Shown: one piece after another, positions 45,354-54,063 of the stretch
Position numbering within the stretch: position 1 is the stretch's first letter
Layout: every line of letters begins with the position of its first letter
From: an uncultured Candidatus Binatia bacterium
Lineage (GTDB): Bacteria > Desulfobacterota > Binatia > Bin18
DNA: 64,000 nucleotides
Direction of reading: 5' to 3'
NCBI GenBank assembly: GCA_965200965.1
Contig: OZ241744.1
Span: forward strand, 480,001-544,000
Translations under genes and position numbers: made by a program
Notes under the pieces: generated by a model
Told to the model about the DNA's origin: nothing
Seen by the model: only the letters and a program-made list of their open reading frames with translations
Database searches by the model: none

Positions 45354-45977
45354 TCATTCGCCCGGTCGACCAGGATGATAGAGGCCCAGGTCCTGCAAGC
45401 TGGCCAGGACCTCATCCATAGGCAGGCCGACCACATTGGTGTATGAACCGTCCACCCCGGCGACAAGGGCCCGACCCTGGCCCTGAACCGCGTACGCGCC
45501 GGCTTTGTCGTGTGCTTCGCCGGTCGCCAGGTAGGCGCTGATCTGTGTCCCAGACAGGGCTTTGAAGCGCACCGTGCTCGTCACCAGCCGTTCCAGCTGC
45601 CGGTCGGCGCGCCGGACCACAAAAGCGGTCATCACCCGGTGGTGGCGTCCTGACAGCAGGCCTAACATCCGCCGGCCGTCGGCCTCATCGCGGGGTTTGC
45701 CCAGGATGTGGCCGTCAATCTCGACGATGGTATCCGCGGCCAGAATCCAGGCCGCCTGGTGGCTGCAGGCAACGGCCTGGGCTTTTTCTTTGGCCGTCCG
45801 CAGGACATACTCGCGTGGCGGTTCTCCGGGTTGCACTTCTTCGGGGATATGGCTGGGAACAACGCGAAACCGGAGCCCGGCCTTATGCAGCAGCTCACGC
45901 CGGCGGGGTGAGGCTGAGGCCAATATGAGCCGCTTGAGTGGGGCGTCAGGGGTGGGCATGGGCGACGGTCCTGGCAC
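45354..45977 (-). CDS. maf: Maf-family nucleotide pyrophosphatase
   Basis: LILASASPRRRELL, ADTIV, LGKP, DKAGAY, NVVGLP. Confidence 0.95.
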   Translation of the reverse strand: MPGPSPMPTPDAPLKRLILASASPRRRELLHKAGLRFRVVPSHIPEEVQPGEPPREYVLRTAKEKAQAVACSHQAAWILAADTIVEIDGHILGKPRDEADGRRMLGLLSGRHHRVMTAFVVRRADRQLERLVTSTVRFKALSGTQISAYLATGEAHDKAGAYAVQGQGRALVAGVDGSYTNVVGLPMDEVLASLQDLGLYHPGRPGE

Positions 45978-45992
45978 GGAAGCGGCCTCCGA

Positions 45993-47159
45993 CTAATACG
46001 ACCTGGGCAGGCCCAAGACATGCTCGCCAATGTAATTGAGGGCCATTTCCTGGGAGATCGGCGCAATACGGAACAGCCGTGCCTCGCGCCAATAGCGCTC
46101 AACGTCGTACTCTTTGATATAGCCGTAGCCGCCGTGGGCCTGCATGGAGCGGTCGGCCGCCTCACACGCCGCCTCGGCCGCCATGTATTTGGCGATATTG
46201 GCCTCTTTGCCGCACGGCTGGTCGTGGTCGTACAGCCAAGCCGCTTTCTGGACCATCAGCTCGGCGGTCTCCAGCTTGGCGAAGGACTCGGCCAGGGGAA
46301 ACTGAATCCCCTGGTTCATGCCGATCGGGCGGCCAAACACGACCCGTTCTTTGGCGTACTGTACGCTCTTTTGGATCGCCCGCCTGCCCATGCCGATACA
46401 CTCCGCGGCGACCAGAATCCGCTCGGGGTTGATGCCGTCCAGAATGTAGTAGAAGCCCCGGCCCTCTTCGCCGATCAGGTCTTCCCGGGCGACATGCAGG
46501 TTGTCGATGAACAGGGTGTTGGTATCAACGGCTTTGCGGCCGCACTTGTGCAGCTCGTTGACCTCAACTGAGCGGGGGTCGATATCGGCAAAAAAGAGGC
46601 TCATGCCCAGGGTTTTCCTGGGGGCGTCTTCGTAGGCGGTCGTGCGTGTCAGCAGCAGCATTTTTTTGGATTCGCGGGCCTTGGTGATAAAGACTTTCTG
46701 GCCGTTGACCACATAGCCGTCGCCCTCCCGCCTGGCAAAGGTGCTGATCTGGGTCGTGTTGGTTCCCGCGTCCGGTTCGGTGACGGCAAACGAGACGTGC
46801 AGTTCACCGCTCAGGATGGGCGGCAGGTATTTCTTTTTGGCTTCCTCGGTCCCGTATTTGATGAGCGGTTCCAGACCGAAGATACCGAGGTGGACCGCCG
46901 AGCAGGCCTGCGTGCCGCCCCCGCACTCGGCCACCGTCTGCATGACAATGGCGGCTTCGGTGATGCCCAAACCGCTGCCCCCATATTCGGGCGGAATCGT
47001 CACCCCGAGCCAGCCCCCGTCGGCAATCGCCTGATAAAAGTCCCACGGAAACTCGCCTGTTTCATCCCGCTCGCGCCAGTATTCGTCTGGAAAGCGGGAG
47101 CACAGGGCGCGCACCTGTTGCCTGATCTCTTCGTGTTCTTCGTTGAGTTGGAAATCCAT
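45993..47159 (-). CDS. Acyl-CoA dehydrogenase
   Basis: FAVTEPDAG, NGQKVFI, RVVFGRPI, QAHGGYGY. Confidence 0.93.
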   Translation of the reverse strand: MDFQLNEEHEEIRQQVRALCSRFPDEYWRERDETGEFPWDFYQAIADGGWLGVTIPPEYGGSGLGITEAAIVMQTVAECGGGTQACSAVHLGIFGLEPLIKYGTEEAKKKYLPPILSGELHVSFAVTEPDAGTNTTQISTFARREGDGYVVNGQKVFITKARESKKMLLLTRTTAYEDAPRKTLGMSLFFADIDPRSVEVNELHKCGRKAVDTNTLFIDNLHVAREDLIGEEGRGFYYILDGINPERILVAAECIGMGRRAIQKSVQYAKERVVFGRPIGMNQGIQFPLAESFAKLETAELMVQKAAWLYDHDQPCGKEANIAKYMAAEAACEAADRSMQAHGGYGYIKEYDVERYWREARLFRIAPISQEMALNYIGEHVLGLPRSY

Positions 47160-47267
47160 GCTGCCTCCTCCGTATACGCTTCCTTACCATCCGGCCCGCT
47201 GTGGGCGCAATTCCTTGCGCGTCCAGACCGCCTGCGCTACTGATAGGCGAAAACACAGGAGGCGACT

Positions 47268-48017
47268 ATGGCAGAACGACTCAACGGAAAAGTGGCCCTG
47301 GTTTCAGGCGGGGCGAGCGGGATTGGAGCGGCCCATGTCCGGGTGTTTGCCGCGGAGGGGGCCCAGGTGGTGGCTGGCGACCTTCAGGAGGACAAGGGCC
47401 GGGCTGTGGTTGAGGCGGTCAACACCAGCGGCGGGGAGGCGGTCTTTGTCGGCCTTGACGTGGCCCGTCAAGAAGACTGGTCGCGCGCCGTTGAAGAAGC
47501 GGTGTCGCGTTTTGGCAAGCTGACCACGCTGATTAACAACGCCGGCATCTACTGGCCACGCGGAACCGAAGAGGAAACGCTTGAGGGCTGGAACACTATG
47601 GTTGCGGTCAACCAGACCGGAGTGTGGCTGGGCATGAAGACCGCGGTTCCGGCTATGCGTGAAGCCGGCGGCGGGGCGATTGTCAACATCTCCTCACTCT
47701 ACGGCCTGATTGGCAGCCCAGGCTCAATCACCTACCACGCGACCAAGGGGGCGGTGCGTCTGATGACCAAGGCGGCCGCCCTGGAGTACGTCACACAGGG
47801 TATTCGGGTCAACTCGATTCATCCCGGCCAGATCGATACCCCGATTCTGGGCGGCCTCACCCCGGCTCAGAACCACCAGATCAGGGCCGCTACCCCAATG
47901 GGACGCCTCGGCCGGCCGGAGGAGATTGCCTACGGGTCGCTCTACCTGTGCTCAGACGAGGCGGCCTTTACCACCGGTGCGGAACTTGTGATTGACGGCG
48001 GCTGGTTTGCCCAGTAG
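47268..48017 (+). CDS. SDR oxidoreductase
   Basis: SGGASGIG, NNAG, YHATK, NSIHPG, DGG. Confidence 0.93.
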   Translation: MAERLNGKVALVSGGASGIGAAHVRVFAAEGAQVVAGDLQEDKGRAVVEAVNTSGGEAVFVGLDVARQEDWSRAVEEAVSRFGKLTTLINNAGIYWPRGTEEETLEGWNTMVAVNQTGVWLGMKTAVPAMREAGGGAIVNISSLYGLIGSPGSITYHATKGAVRLMTKAAALEYVTQGIRVNSIHPGQIDTPILGGLTPAQNHQIRAATPMGRLGRPEEIAYGSLYLCSDEAAFTTGAELVIDGGWFAQ

Positions 48018-48029
48018 GGGGGAGGAGCG

Positions 48030-48491
48030 ATGAACAGACAGAGCCAGATTCAACTCACCCCGGAAGAGCAGCGGGCCTACCTGGCCGAAGCGAGAACCAT
48101 GACGCTGTGTACTATCGACAAAAACGGCTACCCCCACGCGGTTGCCATGTCCTATATGGTCAAAGACGGCTGCATCTACATGACCTCCTTCAGGAAGGCG
48201 CAAAAGGTGGTGAACGCCCGCCGCAATCCCAAGGTCACGGTCATGCTTGAGTCGGGCGACACCTACGACCAGCTCAAGGGCCTGATGATCCGCGGCACCT
48301 GTGAGGTCATTGATGCGCCTGAAGCGGTCTGGAATGTGATGCGCGAGATCCGCCGTTTTCGGGGCGGAGAGCCGGCCACCCCGGACGATGCGGGCATGAA
48401 AGCCCGGGCCGCAAAGCGGGCCATCCTCAAGATCACCCCGGTCAAAACCTCGAGCTGGGATCACACCAAACTGCCCAAGGGGACGTACTGA
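48030..48491 (+). CDS. Pyridoxamine 5'-phosphate oxidase-like (PPOX class, possibly F420-dependent) protein
   Basis: TIDKNGYPHAVAM, KAQKVVNARRNPKV, SWDHTK. Confidence 0.85.
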   Translation: MNRQSQIQLTPEEQRAYLAEARTMTLCTIDKNGYPHAVAMSYMVKDGCIYMTSFRKAQKVVNARRNPKVTVMLESGDTYDQLKGLMIRGTCEVIDAPEAVWNVMREIRRFRGGEPATPDDAGMKARAAKRAILKITPVKTSSWDHTKLPKGTY

Positions 48492-48513
48492 GCGGCGTCC
48501 GAGGGATGAATTG

Positions 48514-48636
48514 ATGGAATACGGTCCTGGACACAAGGCGGCAGCCGCGGCGGCGATAGCCTGAAGCAGAGGGACTTGCCAGTTTTGCGGATTTCGGGAG
48601 GCGACCGACGGCCACCATTGGGCCGGCACGCCCTAC
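48514..48636 (+). pseudogene. Decayed HNH-like/zinc-binding ORF fragment
   Basis: GAGGGA RBS; MEYGPGHKAAAAAAIA*SRGTCQFCGFREATDGHHWAGTPY with CxxCG and HH motifs; TGA at 48562-48564; ends where the pentamer array starts. Confidence 0.45.
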
Positions 48637-48637
48637 G

Positions 48638-48790
48638 GGCTTGGCGCGACTGGGCGCGGCATGGCCCGGCGTGGCGGGGCGAGGCAAGGAAATCGCGGCG
48701 GGGCTCGGCCAGTGAGGCATGGCCAGGCGTGACAAGATAAGGTGAGGCGCGGCAGGTCTGTGCAGGGCTTGGCCCGGCAAGGCGGGGCTA
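48638..48790 (+). repeat. Pentamer array of GGY-NN units in two blocks; candidate non-coding guide-like RNA
   Basis: Block 1 (48638-48687): ggctt ggcgc gactg ggcgc ggcat ggccc ggcgt ggcgg ggcga ggcaa. Block 2 (48697-48790): ggcgg ggctc ggcca gtga ggcat ggcca ggcgt gacaa gataa ggtga ggcgc ggcag gtctg tgcag ggctt ggccc ggcaa ggcgg ggcta. Confidence 0.85.
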
Positions 48791-48879
48791 TGACGAAATA
48801 ATGGAGATGACGAATCCTGCTGAATGAAGGAAGGCGCTGCAAAAGATCGAAACCGCCGTGACCGTAGCGTATGGCGGCA

Positions 48880-49590
48880 TCACCTTCGTTTCCGCGGGTA
48901 TCCCACCCTGACCGAGACCTCCTGTCTCGCCCCGACTGATACCCGGCGGCGCAGCTCCCCCAGGCGTTCGTGCCACAGGCGCAGCGTGTAGACCCCGGCC
49001 GGCACTTGCTCCAGGCTGAAACGCCCTCCGGCGTTGGTGACGGCGGCATACGGGTGTTCGGTGACAATCAGGTAGGCCCGCATCCAGGTGTGCAGGACAT
49101 TGCAGTCAATGCTGATGCGCCCGGTGTGGCGCAGGGTATGGCGCACCCGACGCCAGTGGGGCAGGCCGAGGTTGAACAGCGTCTCATACGAGGGCAGGTG
49201 GGCGTGGGCGTTGTGGAGAATCGGGTCGCTGTTGCGCAGTTCCAGCGTCTGGCCGAGCACCAGCGTTTGCACCCGGGGTACAAAGGCGCAGGCTCTGTTG
49301 TCCAGGACGGCCAAGCCAAGTCGGGCCGCCTTGCCGGCCCTGATACCCTCAAGAATGACAGCCACATTTTTGACGCCACGGTCTGGGCTGACGAGCAGGC
49401 TTTCATCGGGCAGGTGCTCGCCGCACACTGCCCGGTTCTTATGTACCGCCAGGACGCCGGATGACGGGACCGATCCGGTGAGGAGAACCCGCCCTCGGAT
49501 GGTTCCGCCGTTCGTGACCTGCACTTCCTGGTAGCCAAAGCCGACCGAAGCCAAGCTCAGGCTGAGCAGAACCGGCAGCAGCAGTGACAT
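48880..49590 (-). CDS. Secreted protein with carboxypeptidase-regulatory-like and cupredoxin-like folds
   Basis: Signal peptide, GGTIRGRV, CAFVPRV, NSDPILHNAH, CNVLHTWM, HPYAAVT, WHERLG. Confidence 0.8.
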   Translation of the reverse strand: MSLLLPVLLSLSLASVGFGYQEVQVTNGGTIRGRVLLTGSVPSSGVLAVHKNRAVCGEHLPDESLLVSPDRGVKNVAVILEGIRAGKAARLGLAVLDNRACAFVPRVQTLVLGQTLELRNSDPILHNAHAHLPSYETLFNLGLPHWRRVRHTLRHTGRISIDCNVLHTWMRAYLIVTEHPYAAVTNAGGRFSLEQVPAGVYTLRLWHERLGELRRRVSVGARQEVSVRVGYPRKRR

Positions 49591-49777
49591 GACACCTCTC
49601 TTAAGGAGTGAACGTGTCCTCAGAGCGAGAAGAAGGCGACACGTTCGCTCCTTTCTGTCGGTGGCCTCCTCTCCCGGTGGAAGAGGGCCGGAGTGAGGGT
49701 TCTCGGGCGCGGCCTGTTGCCGGCATGGAAAAACCGCTATGTAAAGGGCCGACTCAGCAGCCAAGGAGAGACACACC

Positions 49778-50794
49778 ATGAAATTCGGCTTTATGCAAGA
49801 TTTCCGCAATCCCGAACCGTGGCGACGACCGTTTCCCGAGCTGTACGCCGCGGTGCTGGATCAGACAGTTCGGGCCGAGGAGTTGGGCTACGACCATGTG
49901 TGGCTGACCGAGCACCACTTCACCGACGACGGCTACAACCCCTCGCTACTGCCGACCGCGGCAGCCATTGCCACCCGCACCAGCGCGATCCGCATCGGCA
50001 CGTTTATTCTGCTACTGCCCTTCCAGCATCCGATTCGGGTGGCCGAAGACGCGACCTGTGTGGACATCTGGTCAAACGGGCGCTTTGACCTGGGCGTTGG
50101 TCAGGGCTATTCCTACCTGGAGTTTGACGCCCTGTGTATGCCGCGTAAGGAACGCTCGGCGCGCTTGCGCGAGGGCATTGCGCTGATCCAGAAGATCTGG
50201 ACTGAGGACAAAGTCACGTTTGACGGTCGCTTCACCCAGGTGAAAGACCTGAGCCTCAGCCCCAAGCCGGTCCAGTGCCCCATGCCGCTCTGGATCGGGG
50301 CCCGGGCCGAAAAAGCGACCCGCAGTGCCGCCCGCCTCGGCTGCCACCTGATGGCCACCATCGGCCCCGACCCCGCGCCGTGGTATATTGACGAACTCAG
50401 GCAGTGCGGGCGCAACCCGGACGATTTTTATGTTGCCCAACTCCGCTTGGTGTATCTGGCCGACACCGAAGATCAGGCCTGGGAGGACTGCCAGGAGCAT
50501 CTGTTCAGCATGATGCAGTTCTACGGCCATATTCTGGCCGAGGCCAATGACGCGCCGGGCGACACGGATGTGTGGCGGTTCTCCAAGCCGAGCGAACTGC
50601 GTGACTCGACCTTTGGCCGGGCGGTCATGATCGGCACGCCCGGTCAGGTAGCCAGGAAAATGGAGCGCTTCGCCAGCGAGTTTCACTGCACCCACTTCGT
50701 TATGAGTACCCACCTGCCCGGCATGGACCCCAGAAAATCAACCAAGTCGCTGGAACTATTCGCCAAGGAGATCATGCCAGCGTTTCAGACCTGA
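49778..50794 (+). CDS. LLM-class flavin-dependent oxidoreductase
   Basis: AEELGYDHVWLTEHHF, HPIRVAED, SNGRFDLGVG, PKPVQ, LELFAKEIMP. Confidence 0.9.
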   Translation: MKFGFMQDFRNPEPWRRPFPELYAAVLDQTVRAEELGYDHVWLTEHHFTDDGYNPSLLPTAAAIATRTSAIRIGTFILLLPFQHPIRVAEDATCVDIWSNGRFDLGVGQGYSYLEFDALCMPRKERSARLREGIALIQKIWTEDKVTFDGRFTQVKDLSLSPKPVQCPMPLWIGARAEKATRSAARLGCHLMATIGPDPAPWYIDELRQCGRNPDDFYVAQLRLVYLADTEDQAWEDCQEHLFSMMQFYGHILAEANDAPGDTDVWRFSKPSELRDSTFGRAVMIGTPGQVARKMERFASEFHCTHFVMSTHLPGMDPRKSTKSLELFAKEIMPAFQT

Positions 50795-50933
50795 GCGCCT
50801 CGGCTACGGGTGAGGGGGAAGAAGGAGGAAAGACGTATGCGAGCAGCGATCAGCCTGTTCTTCCTGGTTAGCCTGAGGTATTGCGGGCAGGAATTGCCGC
50901 CGCCCCGGATGGTCCATGTGGAAGGAGGTGTTC

Positions 50934-51689
50934 ATGCGATTTGAGAACACACGGGTTCTGGTCAGCGGGGCCGGTAGCGGTATTGGCCGGGCGAGCTGTC
51001 TGGCCTTTGCTGGCGAAGGCGCGGCGGTGGCCGCGGCTGACCTCAATCTGGCCGCGGCCCAGGAAACGGCCCGGTCCGCCGCGGGCGGCAGCGCTGTTGC
51101 CGTGCAGCTCGATGTCAGCCGGCCCGATTCGGTCAAGACCGCGATCGAAACGACGCTACGCGAACTCGGCCGGCTTGATGTTCTGGTCAACAGCGCCGGT
51201 GTGCGGGAAATTGTGGCCTTTCTGGAGATCGACTTTGCAGCATGGCAGCGGGTCATCGCTACCAACCTGAGCGGTACGTTTTTGTGCAGTCAGGCCGCGG
51301 CCCGCCAGATGATTGCCCAGGGGCAGGGCGGGAAAATCGTCAACTTGGCCTCGGTGGCCGGTCTGGTCGGCCTGCCGAACCGGGCCGCCTATGTGGCCTC
51401 CAAGCACGCGGTGGTTGGGCTGACCAGGGAGATGGCTCTGGAGTTGGCGGAACACGACATCCAGGTCAACGCGATTGCGCCCGGCGTGGTTGAGACCGGG
51501 ATGACGGCCGGCTACTTTGACGACCCGAAGGTAGTGGAATCGGTCCGCCGGCTCCACCCGGCCGGCCGCTGGGCCCAACCCCATGAGGTCGCCGGCCTGA
51601 TTCTCTTTCTGGCCTCCGCCGAGGCACACTTCATCACCGGGGCCACCTATCCGATTGACGGTGGCTTTCTGGCCGGCAAGAGCTTCTGA
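50934..51689 (+). CDS. SDR oxidoreductase
   Basis: SGAGSGIG, NSAG, YVASK, NAIAPG; AAGGAGG RBS. Confidence 0.92.
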   Translation: MRFENTRVLVSGAGSGIGRASCLAFAGEGAAVAAADLNLAAAQETARSAAGGSAVAVQLDVSRPDSVKTAIETTLRELGRLDVLVNSAGVREIVAFLEIDFAAWQRVIATNLSGTFLCSQAAARQMIAQGQGGKIVNLASVAGLVGLPNRAAYVASKHAVVGLTREMALELAEHDIQVNAIAPGVVETGMTAGYFDDPKVVESVRRLHPAGRWAQPHEVAGLILFLASAEAHFITGATYPIDGGFLAGKSF

Positions 51690-51706
51690 CAGCAGGGTGC
51701 ATACGC

Positions 51707-52954
51707 ATGACAGCGCACAAACACATTCTCGAGGGCATCCGAGTGCTGGATTTTACCCAATGGCTGGCCGGCCCCCAGGCCACCCGGCTGATGGTCGATC
51801 TCGGGGCTGAGGTCATCAAGGTAGAACTCCCGCCCAGGGGCGAACACAGCCGCCATATCCGGATTGTGCCCAAGGACGGCAAGGACGGCGCAACCCCGAG
51901 CTACTTCATCATGCACAACCGGGGCAAAAAGAGCCTGGGGATTGATATCAAAACCGCCCAGGGCCAGGCGCTCATCAAGCGGCTGGTGGCCAGCGTTGAC
52001 GTGGTGTTTGAGAACTTCACGCCCGGCATCATGGCCAGCTATGGCCTGAGCTATGACGAGTTGGCCGCGGTCAACCCGGCCATTGTCATGTGTTCGGTCT
52101 CGACCTATGGCCAGACTGGGCCGTATGCGCGGCGGATCGGCAACGATCTGGTAGCCCTGGGGGTCGGCGGGTTTCTGCACATGATCGGCGAGCCGGACGG
52201 CTATCCGGCCTATCCTGGCTCTGCGGTAGGCGACCACATGGCCGCCCTCAACGCCTTTGGATCGATCATGGCGGCGCTGTTCCACCGCCAACGCACCGGC
52301 GAGGGGCAGTATATTGACTTGGCGCTGGTCGATTGCACCTATAATTCCCACGACTGGGCGCTGGCCGCCTACAGCGTGAGTGACGGCAAGGTTGACCCGC
52401 AGCGGGGTGGCAACCAGCGCAGCGGGGCCTTTCCCTACGGGTCGTTCAAGTCAAAAGACGGCTATATTGCGATTGGCCTGATTACCGAAGACCACTGGGT
52501 GACGCTGGTCAAACGTATGGGTCGGGAAGAACTACTGGCCTCGCCCGAGTTCAAGACCAACCGCTGGCGCATCCAGAACGCCGACGCCCTCAGGGTCATG
52601 ATCGAAGACTGGCTGCAATCGCTGCCGAGCGACGAAGAAGCCATTCGCATCATGGCCGATGAACTGCGGCTGCCGGTCGCGCCGATTTTATCCATCGGTC
52701 AGTTTGCCCAGAACCCGCACCTGAGCGCGCGCATGATCGAAAAAACGCCCAACCCCGACTATGGTGAGCTGCTGCTGCTCACGTCGCCGCACAAGTTCTC
52801 CAAAACGCCCCCGCACATCCCCGGTCCAGCCGCCCGGCTGGGACAGCATAACGCCGAACTGCTGCGCCAACTGTGCGGCTGTTCGGACGAGGAGTTGCGC
52901 CACTTGCAGGAGCGGGGTGTCCTGGTCGAGGATCGGGCAAAGGACAGGCCATAA
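51707..52954 (+). CDS. Family III CoA-transferase (CaiB/BaiF)
   Basis: GIRVLDFTQWLAGP, NRGKKS, ENFTPG, VGDHMA, GEGQYID. Confidence 0.92.
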   Translation: MTAHKHILEGIRVLDFTQWLAGPQATRLMVDLGAEVIKVELPPRGEHSRHIRIVPKDGKDGATPSYFIMHNRGKKSLGIDIKTAQGQALIKRLVASVDVVFENFTPGIMASYGLSYDELAAVNPAIVMCSVSTYGQTGPYARRIGNDLVALGVGGFLHMIGEPDGYPAYPGSAVGDHMAALNAFGSIMAALFHRQRTGEGQYIDLALVDCTYNSHDWALAAYSVSDGKVDPQRGGNQRSGAFPYGSFKSKDGYIAIGLITEDHWVTLVKRMGREELLASPEFKTNRWRIQNADALRVMIEDWLQSLPSDEEAIRIMADELRLPVAPILSIGQFAQNPHLSARMIEKTPNPDYGELLLLTSPHKFSKTPPHIPGPAARLGQHNAELLRQLCGCSDEELRHLQERGVLVEDRAKDRP

Positions 52955-52991
52955 GCACTGCCGATCGACACGACAGAGGGTTGCCCTGACG

Positions 52992-53912
52992 ATGACACAC
53001 GCCCCCCTCAGGGCCGTCTGCTACATGATCGCCGCCATCTCTTTGCTGTCGCTCAGCGATGCCGCGGCCAAGTGGTTGGTGGCACACTACCCGGCTGTCC
53101 AGATTGTGTGTCTGCGGGCGCTGTTGGGCGTGGGGCCGGCGCTGGTCCTGGTGGTCTGGGAGCAGGGCTGTCGGGGGCTGGCAACCACGCACCTGTTTGC
53201 CCACGCGGTCCGCTCGGTGCTGATGCTGGTGTCGTGGCTGCTGTTCATCATTGCCCTGCGGTCCATCTCGCTGGCCGACGCCTATACCCTGGTGTTTGGC
53301 GCGCCGCTGTTTATGACTCTCTTCGGTCGGCTGTTTCTCGGTGAACGGGTCTCCCACTCGCGCTGGGTGGCGGTGATTGGCGGATTTGTCGGTGTGCTGA
53401 TTGTGCTGTCGCCGGCCAGCCCGGAGTTCAGTCTCGCCGCCTTTGTCGCCCTGTCGGCCGCGGTCGTCTGGGCGGTGACCAGCCTGGTGGCCCGCCGCCT
53501 CAGCCAGCGCGAGCCGAGCACCCGGATTCTGCTCTACTACATGGCTATCAGCGCCCTCGCCAGCCTGCCGTTTGCCGTCGGCAGTTGGACGCCCGTTGAC
53601 CCGGCCCACATCCCGCTGTTTATTGTCACCGGCCTCATTGGGGTCGCCGCCCACTGGCTGCTGGCCCAGGCGTTTCGCTACGGCGAAGTCTCGCTCATCG
53701 CACCGTTTGAATACACTGGGCTGGTATGGGCTATGGCCTTGGGCTATTGGCTGTGGGGCGACATCCCGACTGCCGGCGTGCTGGCCGGCGGCGCGCTGAT
53801 CATCGCCAGCGGCATCTACATGGTCCGCCATGAAGGCCGGCCAGAGCCGGAAGAAGAGCCGGCTCCGCCCGCCCGCGCCCCGTCCTCGGTTTCCTCCACC
53901 CCCTCGCCCTGA
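52992..53912 (+). CDS. DMT/EamA-family transporter
   Basis: About 10 TM segments, FLGERV..RW, APFEY, WGDIP. Confidence 0.9.
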   Translation: MTHAPLRAVCYMIAAISLLSLSDAAAKWLVAHYPAVQIVCLRALLGVGPALVLVVWEQGCRGLATTHLFAHAVRSVLMLVSWLLFIIALRSISLADAYTLVFGAPLFMTLFGRLFLGERVSHSRWVAVIGGFVGVLIVLSPASPEFSLAAFVALSAAVVWAVTSLVARRLSQREPSTRILLYYMAISALASLPFAVGSWTPVDPAHIPLFIVTGLIGVAAHWLLAQAFRYGEVSLIAPFEYTGLVWAMALGYWLWGDIPTAGVLAGGALIIASGIYMVRHEGRPEPEEEPAPPARAPSSVSSTPSP

Positions 53913-53914
53913 GG

Positions 53915-54055
53915 GCCGAGAAGACACTGGTGCTTGACCTGAACGCCGAGGCCAACGGCCACCGTGGAGCCTCGGTCCGCTACGATGCGCTAAAAGAACT
54001 CGCCTTTGAGTACGCCTTCATCCTTGATGCGTTCGGCCGGCCGAGCGACGTCTAG
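53915..54055 (+). pseudogene. C-terminal remnant of an oligopeptidase B-like (S9) peptidase
   Basis: AEKTLVLDLNAEANGHRGASVRYDALKELAFEYAFILDAFGRPSDV* resembles the S9A tail GH.G.SGR...L.E.AFEYAF; no start codon. Confidence 0.6.
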
Positions 54056-54063
54056 CGGTACCA

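Noticed and set aside
48442-49067. Minus-strand ORFs 48442-48780 and 48633-49067 across the pentamer array as real genes
   Set aside because: Their Pro/Arg/Ala/Cys-rich translations are what a CCNNG-type period-5 repeat gives; they have no family motifs and overlap real genes.
49667-49699. CCTCTCCCGG...GAGGGCCGGAGTGAGGG as a REP/MITE family
   Set aside because: Only one degenerate copy is evident in the window, so a repeat family cannot be supported.
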